Assembly (NCBI GenBank): GCA_028717685.1
Contig: JAQUNI010000002.1
Coordinates: 7,903 to 71,902, forward strand
Direction: 5' to 3'
Source of the DNA: Patescibacteria group bacterium
GTDB taxonomy: Bacteria > Patescibacteriota > JAQUNI01
DNA: 64,000 nt
Part shown: one piece after another, positions 57,996 through 64,000 of the stretch
Layout of the letters: each line of letters starts with the position of its first letter
Numbering within the stretch: position 1 is the stretch's first letter
Made by a program: the position numbers and the translations under genes
The notes under the pieces: model-generated
The model's input: only the letters and a program-made list of their open reading frames with translations
What the model was told of the DNA's origin: nothing
The model's database searches: none

Positions 57996-59111
57996 ATGGA
58001 GATTAAACCAGATTTAGAAACATTTGCGCGGTTAAAAGTAATAGGCGTTGGCGGCTCAGGGGGGAATGCGATTAATCGGATGATCGCTTCGGATATTAAA
58101 GGCGTGGAATTTATCGCCGTTAATACTGATGCCCAAGCATTACAGAAAAGCAGCGCTCAAACGCGGATTCATATTGGTAAAAATATCACCAAGGGATTGG
58201 GAGCCGGAATGGACCCCGAAGTCGGCAGGCAGGCGTCAGAAGAAGGCCGTGATGAAATTGCTAAGGCATTAAAAGGCGCGGATATGGTTTTTATCACCTG
58301 TGGTTTAGGCGGCGGGACGGGTACGGGCGCGAGCCCCGTGATCGCCAATTTAGCGCGAGAGGCGGGAGTGCTTACGATTGGCGTGATCACGAAACCCTTC
58401 AATTTTGAAGGTTTAGCGCGGCGGAATATCGCGGAACAAGGTTTGGTGTCTTTAGCGAAAGAAGTGGATACGCTGATTACAATTCCCAATGACCGCCTTT
58501 TGCAAGTTATTGATAAATCCACCTCACTTTTAGAGGCTTTTGAAATTGTAGATGATGTTTTGCGCCAAGGCGTGCAGGGTATTTCCGATTTGATTGTCGT
58601 CCCTGGTATTGTCAATGTGGATTTTGCCGACGTAAAAGCAATTATGCGCGATGCCGGTTCTGCTCTAATGGGCATCGGTCGCGCGAGCGGTGAAGGGCGA
58701 GCCAGGGAGGCAGCTAAAGCGGCGATTTCCAGTCCTCTTTTGGAGCTTTCCATTGACGGGGCGAAGGGGGTCCTTTTTAACATAACTGGCGGGTCGGATT
58801 TAGGAATGTATGAGATTGACGAAGCCGCTAAGGTAATTACGGAAAAAGTGTCGCCGGAGGCGAGAATTATTTTCGGCGCGGTGATTGATCCGGAAGTGGA
58901 AGGAGAACTCAAAATCACCGTAATTGCCACGGGCTTTGAGGGGAAAAAGAGGGAGGAAGAAAAGAAAGAGGAGGAAGATATCTTTAGCGCCGAACCCCCA
59001 GAAGAAGCCTTAGAGGTTAAGACTAGAGAAGCGGAAAAAGTAGAAGAAGAAACGAGCAACGAGGACGAATTGGATATCCCTGCTTTCATCAGGAAGAAGA
59101 TGGGAAAATAA
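57996..59111 (+). CDS. ftsZ: Cell division protein FtsZ
   Basis: [22 protein letters not shown] motifs and C-terminal LDIPAFIR. Confidence 0.98.
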   Translation: MEIKPDLETFARLKVIGVGGSGGNAINRMIASDIKGVEFIAVNTDAQALQKSSAQTRIHIGKNITKGLGAGMDPEVGRQASEEGRDEIAKALKGADMVFITCGLGGGTGTGASPVIANLAREAGVLTIGVITKPFNFEGLARRNIAEQGLVSLAKEVDTLITIPNDRLLQVIDKSTSLLEAFEIVDDVLRQGVQGISDLIVVPGIVNVDFADVKAIMRDAGSALMGIGRASGEGRAREAAKAAISSPLLELSIDGAKGVLFNITGGSDLGMYEIDEAAKVITEKVSPEARIIFGAVIDPEVEGELKITVIATGFEGKKREEEKKEEEDIFSAEPPEEALEVKTREAEKVEEETSNEDELDIPAFIRKKMGK

Positions 59112-59245
59112 AGCTAATTTATTATATTTTTTAATATATTTTTCATAAAACAAGTCTTTTGACTTGTTTTATTATTTCTTTTTTAAATTCAAAATCAAAA
59201 ATTTGAATTTTTCATTTTTAACTTTTAATTGGAGCGAAGCGACAG

Positions 59246-59309
59246 TTATCCACATCCCAATCCCAATCAGTTGTGGTATAATGTTCTTGTTTAATACTAC
59301 ATTTGGTTA
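59246..59309 (+). promoter_or_regulatory. nrd operon promoter: DnaA box, two NrdR-box-like sites and an extended -10
   Basis: TTATCCACA at 59246-59254; tcccaatcagttgtgg 59261-59276 and atactacatttggtta 59294-59309 approximate the NrdR consensus acaCwAtATaTwGtg; TGgTATAAT at 59274-59282. Confidence 0.55.
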
Positions 59310-59312
59310 TTT

Positions 59313-59798
59313 ATGAGATGCCCACATTGCCATGCCAGCGAGACCAAAGTGCTGGATTCCAGGAGCGCGAACGATGGTTTTGTCATTCGGCGCCGCCGCG
59401 AATGCCCGAGATGCCGCTCCCGTTTTTCCACCTATGAAGAAGTGGAATTATTGAATTTTTATGTTATTAAAAAAGACGGTCGGCGCGAGCTCTATGACCG
59501 CACCAAATTAGAACGAGGTATCCGACGCGCTTGCGAAAAACGTCCTATTGCCGAGGAGACAATCTTGAAGATGCTTTCCCGCATTGAACAAAAGATTCGC
59601 GAGGACAGAAAAAGAGAAATAGGGAGCCGCTTAATTGGCGAGTTGGTGATGAAGGAATTAAAAAAGTTGGACGATGTAGCCTATATTCGTTTTGCCTCGG
59701 TCTATAAGTCTTTTAAAGATGTAGAAAGTTTCGCGCAAGAGCTAAGCGCGTTCACGGATCTCAAAAGACAGATTTGCCGTCCCCAAAAAGCCCCATAA
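59313..59798 (+). CDS. nrdR: Transcriptional repressor NrdR
   Basis: MRCPHC...VLDSR...IRRRRECPRC..RFSTYE, ATP cone and VAYIRFASVY motifs. Confidence 0.97.
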   Translation: MRCPHCHASETKVLDSRSANDGFVIRRRRECPRCRSRFSTYEEVELLNFYVIKKDGRRELYDRTKLERGIRRACEKRPIAEETILKMLSRIEQKIREDRKREIGSRLIGELVMKELKKLDDVAYIRFASVYKSFKDVESFAQELSAFTDLKRQICRPQKAP

Positions 59799-59997
59799 AA
59801 TCAAAAATTTTATGGGGGACCCCGAAATAAATAGAAATTAAAATTTAAAGGTTAGCCCGTCTATCAAAGCGGACACTTTTAAAAGGGTATTCGCTTACGA
59901 GCCCTGTCGCTCGAGAGCGACGGGACTCGAGAGCGACAGGGCGAGCGAGTAAAACCCTAAAGGGTTTCGTTCGCGAGCAAAACCCTAAATAATCAAA

Positions 59998-62025
59998 ATG
60001 GCAAAAACAAAACAGGTCAGAGAAATTAAGAAGCGGGATGGCAGGGTTGTCCCCTTTGAACCGGAAAAAGTCGCGACGGCTATTTTTAAGGCGGCGCAAG
60101 CGGTGGGAGGGCGAAATAGGGTGCTTGCTAGACAATTAGCCGCCAAGGTAGTTATCCTTTTAAATGAAAAATTTGATGGTCATACTATCCCATCCGTGGA
60201 ACAAATCCAAGATTTGGTGGAAAAGGTTTTGATTGAAGAAGGGCACGCGAAGACGGCGAAGGCCTATATTCTTTATCGCGATCAACACGCGCGGTTGCGG
60301 GATTTGCGGAAGTTCATTGATTCCGACGAACTAATGGAGGGCTATCTGTCACAGGTGGATTGGCGCGTCCGCGAAAACAGCAATATGACTTTTTCTTTGC
60401 AGGGGCTGAATAACCATGTCGCGTCCTCGGTTTCTTCCCATTATTGGTTGCACAAGATTTATCCTCCGGAAGTGCGGGACGCGCATCTAAATCGGGATTT
60501 CCATATCCATGATCTTCAGCTTTTATCCGCTTACTGCACGGGTTGGGATTTACGCGATCTTTTGATGCGCGGTTTTGGCGGGGTTTCCGGTAAGGTTGAA
60601 TCCCGCCCGCCCAAGCACTTGCGCACAGCCTTGGGCCAGATTGTCAATTTCTTTTATACCGTGCAGGGCGAAATCGCAGGGGCAGTGGCTTTCTCTAATT
60701 TTGATACTTATCTTGCCCCTTTTATCCACTATGATGATTTAAGTTATGGAGATATTAAACAGTGCCTGCAGGAATTTTTATTTAATATGAATGTGCCGAC
60801 GCGGGTAGGTTTTCAAACGCCTTTTACCAATATTACGCTAGATTTAACTGTTCCTAGTAATATTAAAAATGAACCCGTGGTAATTGGGGGAAAGCTTAAA
60901 GATGAAACCTACGGCCGATTTCAGAAGGAAATGGATCTTTTTAATCGTGCCTTTGGCGAAACTATGCTTGAAGGCGATGCTAAGGGACGTGTTTTTTCTT
61001 TTCCTATTCCCACGATTAACATCACCCGCGATTTTCGATGGGGGAAACGTGAATGGAATCCCTTGTGGGAAATGACCGCTAAATACGGCGTCCCATATTT
61101 TGCCAACTTTGTCAATTCTGATATGAGTCCGGATGACGCGCGCAGTATGTGTTGTCGTTTGCGCCTCGACAACCGAGAGCTTCGCAAGAGAGGCGGCGGA
61201 CTCTTTGGGGCGAACCCGCTGACTGGCTCTATCGGGGTAGTCACGATCAATATGCCGCGCTTGGGCTATCTAGCCAAAGACAAAGAAGATTTTTTTAAAC
61301 GTTTGGGAAAAATAATGGCGATTGCGCGCAAAAGCCTGCAGGTGAAAAGAGAGGCGTTAGAGCAATTTACCGAAGGAGGTCTTTATCCCTACTGCCGTCA
61401 TTACTTAGACAAGATTAAAGAATCTTTTGGCGAATACTGGCGCAATCATTTTAACACCATTGGTCTTTTGGGGATGAATGAAGCCTGCCTCAATCTTCTC
61501 AAAACGAACCTTTCTACAAAGAGGGGTCATAAATTTGCCAAGGAAACTTTAGTTTTTATGCGGGAAAGGATGATGGATTATCAGAACGAGGAGAATCAAT
61601 TATATAATTTGGAGGCGACGCCAGCCGAAGGCACAAGCTATAATTTCGCCAAATATGACAAAGAAAAATACCCTAAAATTATTGTGGCGAATGAAAAAGC
61701 TTATCAGGCAGGAGCAAAGCCGTATTACACGAATTCCACCCATCTTCCTGTTAACTTTAGTGATGATTTATTTGAAGCCTTGGACCGTCAGGACGACCTG
61801 CAGAGCCTTTACACGGGCGGTACGGTATTGCACGGTTTTATTGGCGAACGGCTGCCCAATATTACTGCCGTTAAAAGCTTAATTAAAAAGGTTTGCCACC
61901 GCTATCACCTTCCCTATTTTACCCTGACGCCGACCTTCAGCATCTGCCCCAAGCACGGTTATATCGCCGGCGAGCATGAATATTGTCCCAAGTGCGACGC
62001 GGAAATCGGTTACGCAGCCAAATGA
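59998..62025 (+). CDS. nrdD: Class III (anaerobic) ribonucleotide reductase large chain, lacking the C-terminal glycyl-radical segment
   Basis: ATP cone, HIHDL, SMCCRL, EATPAEG and YTGGT motifs; ends just after CPKH...CPKC. Confidence 0.93.
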   Translation: MAKTKQVREIKKRDGRVVPFEPEKVATAIFKAAQAVGGRNRVLARQLAAKVVILLNEKFDGHTIPSVEQIQDLVEKVLIEEGHAKTAKAYILYRDQHARLRDLRKFIDSDELMEGYLSQVDWRVRENSNMTFSLQGLNNHVASSVSSHYWLHKIYPPEVRDAHLNRDFHIHDLQLLSAYCTGWDLRDLLMRGFGGVSGKVESRPPKHLRTALGQIVNFFYTVQGEIAGAVAFSNFDTYLAPFIHYDDLSYGDIKQCLQEFLFNMNVPTRVGFQTPFTNITLDLTVPSNIKNEPVVIGGKLKDETYGRFQKEMDLFNRAFGETMLEGDAKGRVFSFPIPTINITRDFRWGKREWNPLWEMTAKYGVPYFANFVNSDMSPDDARSMCCRLRLDNRELRKRGGGLFGANPLTGSIGVVTINMPRLGYLAKDKEDFFKRLGKIMAIARKSLQVKREALEQFTEGGLYPYCRHYLDKIKESFGEYWRNHFNTIGLLGMNEACLNLLKTNLSTKRGHKFAKETLVFMRERMMDYQNEENQLYNLEATPAEGTSYNFAKYDKEKYPKIIVANEKAYQAGAKPYYTNSTHLPVNFSDDLFEALDRQDDLQSLYTGGTVLHGFIGERLPNITAVKSLIKKVCHRYHLPYFTLTPTFSICPKHGYIAGEHEYCPKCDAEIGYAAK

Positions 62026-62198
62026 AAAGTGAAAAATGTCAGCCCTAGATCGTTCAGACTGTTCAGGTTCTGAAAAGCTTTTAGGCTCTGAATGAACTCT
62101 GATGAGTCTTCAGACTCGAAGAGCTGGTCCGCTCTTCAGGCGGAAAGATGAAAAACGATAATTAAAAATAAAAAAATAATTTTAAGGAGGAAGATAGA

Positions 62199-62354
62199 AT
62201 GAAAAACACAATACAAAATTTAGAATCACAACGAACGCGATGTGAAGTTTATTCGCGTGTTGTTGGTTATTTGCGGCCGGTGAAACAGTGGAATGACGGG
62301 AAGCAGGAGGAGTTTCATGATCGGAAGGAATATAATAAGGCATTAGGGAAATAA
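62199..62354 (+). CDS. Stand-alone NrdD glycyl-radical peptide (51 aa), absent from the ORF track
   Basis: MKNTIQNLESQRTRCEVYSRVVGYLRPVKQWNDGKQEEFHDRKEYNKALGK; AAGGAGG RBS at 62184-62190. Confidence 0.9.
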   Translation: MKNTIQNLESQRTRCEVYSRVVGYLRPVKQWNDGKQEEFHDRKEYNKALGK

Positions 62355-62408
62355 TCAGTAATTGGTAATTGGGGCAACTCGCCTTTCGGGTGAGAATATT
62401 ATTATTTT

Positions 62409-63110
62409 ATGCAAATCCGCGGTTTTCAGAAATTTTCTCTTCTCGATTACCCGGGAAAGATTGCGGCGATTATTTTCACATCAGGCTGCACCCTCCGGTG
62501 CCCTTTTTGTTATAATCCTGAATTAGTGAGAGGCGACTCCCGCTTGCCCGTTTTTACCGAGACGGAAGTGTTAAAGTTTTTGGGCAAAAGAAAAGGCAAA
62601 TTGGAAGCATTGGTAATTACCGGCGGCGAGCCGACCCTGCAGGCGGATTTGCCTCGTTTTATTTCGCGAGTGAAGGATTTAGGTTACCTGGTTAAATTAG
62701 ATACTAATGGTTCCAACCCTGCGATGTTAAAGAAGTTGATTCAAAAAAAATTTGTGGATTACGCGGCGATGGATTTAAAAACCAGCTGGCAGGATTATTC
62801 AAAGGTGCAGCCAGCTGTAGAGCTTGCGCGGATCAAAGAGAGCGTAATTTTTTTGCTCAAAGCGAAAAAGCCAGATGGGTTCCATTATGAATTTCGGACC
62901 ACTCTTTTCCCGCCTCTTGTGCGCAAGGATAATTTGGAGGAAATGGTCAAGATTATCGTCGGCGCGGAAAAATACGCGCTCCAGCAATATCAGCCCCTCA
63001 AAACATTGGCGCCCGATCCGGAGAGAAAAGTTTATAGGGAGAGCGTGATCCAAGGATTCAGAAAGATAGCGGAGAAGTATGTGAGGAAAGTGGAAATTAG
63101 AGGAGTTTAA
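62409..63110 (+). CDS. nrdG: Anaerobic RNR activating radical SAM enzyme
   Basis: SLLDYPG, CTLRCPFC, ITGGEP, KLDTNG and EFRTT motifs. Confidence 0.93.
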   Translation: MQIRGFQKFSLLDYPGKIAAIIFTSGCTLRCPFCYNPELVRGDSRLPVFTETEVLKFLGKRKGKLEALVITGGEPTLQADLPRFISRVKDLGYLVKLDTNGSNPAMLKKLIQKKFVDYAAMDLKTSWQDYSKVQPAVELARIKESVIFLLKAKKPDGFHYEFRTTLFPPLVRKDNLEEMVKIIVGAEKYALQQYQPLKTLAPDPERKVYRESVIQGFRKIAEKYVRKVEIRGV

Positions 63111-63249
63111 AATTTTTAATTCTTAATTTTTGATTTTTAACTAATTTTTATTTGCTTATTGATTTATTGCGTTGCCAAGGTTAAATAATTCAATAAGACA
63201 TTAAAACAATAAAAATTAGCTAAAAAATAAGAAATAAAAATTAAAAACT
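63110..63249. repeat. Empty heptamer inverted-repeat element matching the arms of cassette 2
   Basis: aatttttaattcttaatttttgatttttaactaattttta ... taaaaattagctaaaaaataagaaataaaaattaaaaa. Confidence 0.8.
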
Positions 63250-63256
63250 ATTTTTT

Positions 63257-63685
63257 ATGAAAATCACAATAAAACGCGTAGATAAAAGTTTACCGCTTCC
63301 TAAATATGAAACCAGTGGTGCGGTTGCTTTTGATTTTCTTTGCCGCGAAGGAGCCTTAGTTAAACCCAAAGAGATTAAATTAATTCCGGCGAACGTGATT
63401 ATAAAAATTCCGTCGGGATATATGCTGCTTTTAGCCTCGCGCTCTTCAACATCAATGAAAAAGGGCTTAATGCTGATTAATGGCATTGGCGTTATTGATC
63501 AGGATTATTGCGGGTCCGAGGATGAAATCAGGGTTCAAGTTTATAATTTTACGGATCAAGAAGTAAGAGTGGAAAAGGGGGATCGTTTAGCCCAAGGGAT
63601 TTTTGTGAAGATTGAAAGAGGAGAATGGAGGGAAGTAGAAAAGACGCAAAATCATTCCCGTGGGGGTTTTGGGTCAACGGGGTAA
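63257..63685 (+). CDS. dut: dUTP diphosphatase
   Basis: SRSS, GVIDQDYCG, GDRLAQ and RGGFGSTG motifs. Confidence 0.95.
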   Translation: MKITIKRVDKSLPLPKYETSGAVAFDFLCREGALVKPKEIKLIPANVIIKIPSGYMLLLASRSSTSMKKGLMLINGIGVIDQDYCGSEDEIRVQVYNFTDQEVRVEKGDRLAQGIFVKIERGEWREVEKTQNHSRGGFGSTG

Positions 63686-63787
63686 GACGGCAAATTTGTT
63701 TTTTTCGTGTTAAAATAGGAATAAGAGATAAAAACGCAGGAACAAAAAATTTTTGTTCCTGCGGATAATTTAAATTGATCTCCATTT

Positions 63788-64000
63788 ATGACCCAAGCGG
63801 AAGCTTTTGCGATCTTAAAATTAGGCTACAACGCGCTATTGACCGGACCGCCGGGGTCAGGCAAGACTTTTTTATTGAATCAATTTATCCAATACTTAAA
63901 AAAACACGGGGAGAACGTCGCTATTACCGCTTCCACGGGCATTGCCGCTACCCATATGAACGGCGTGACTATTCATTCTTGGTCTGGCTTGGGCATTAGG
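63788..64000 (+). CDS. PIF1-family helicase, 3'-truncated by the window edge; absent from the ORF track
   Basis: MTQAEAFAILKLGYNALLTGPPGSGKT...VAITASTGIAATHMNGVTIHSWSGLG. Confidence 0.88.
   Translation, partial: MTQAEAFAILKLGYNALLTGPPGSGKTFLLNQFIQYLKKHGENVAITASTGIAATHMNGVTIHSWSGLGIR

Noticed and set aside
58169-59089. 306-aa minus-strand ORF
   Set aside because: It is an antisense shadow of ftsZ with no recognisable motifs.
28471-59254. Replication origin suggested by DnaA boxes (28471, 35732, 45323, 57622, 59246) and nearby parAB
   Set aside because: Boxes are isolated, two are inside genes, and there is no cluster, dnaA or dnaN.
63775-63999. 74-aa ORF from the track
   Set aside because: Wrong frame; the frame starting at ATG 63788 encodes clear PIF1 helicase motifs.

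Overview
64 kb of a bacterial chromosome using the standard genetic code. Gene content and style suggest a Patescibacteria/CPR genome (inference). The backbone is housekeeping: ileS, recO, glyQS, metG, tatD, leuS, tsaC, glyA, tRNA-Leu(CAA), parAB, topA, dprA, mfd, pth, lepB, hisS, rpsU, ybeY, ftsAZ, nrdR-nrdD-nrdG, dut and a PIF1-like helicase. It is preceded by two giant multi-LamG surface-protein genes. The most striking unexplained structure is a family of long imperfect inverted repeats built from 7-nt (sometimes 8- or 9-nt) tandem units. These arms bracket two intact four-helix-bundle (23S-IVP/Avd-like) genes and one decayed one. They also recur about 20 times as ORF-less empty copies or single arms at gene boundaries, and single arms are translated in frame inside IleRS, LeuRS, MetRS, TatD and Mfd. 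Several GC-rich REP-like palindrome families are nested in the same sites. IleRS alone carries about 8 in-frame repeat insertions and a non-canonical GVHH signature motif. Other points: LamG genes made of near-identical DNA frameworks around unrelated AT-rich cores, a split NrdD whose glycyl-radical peptide is a separate unannotated 51-aa ORF, a candidate 6S-like RNA, and a probable LAGLIDADG remnant beside the tRNA. All comparisons were made by eye; no database search was run.
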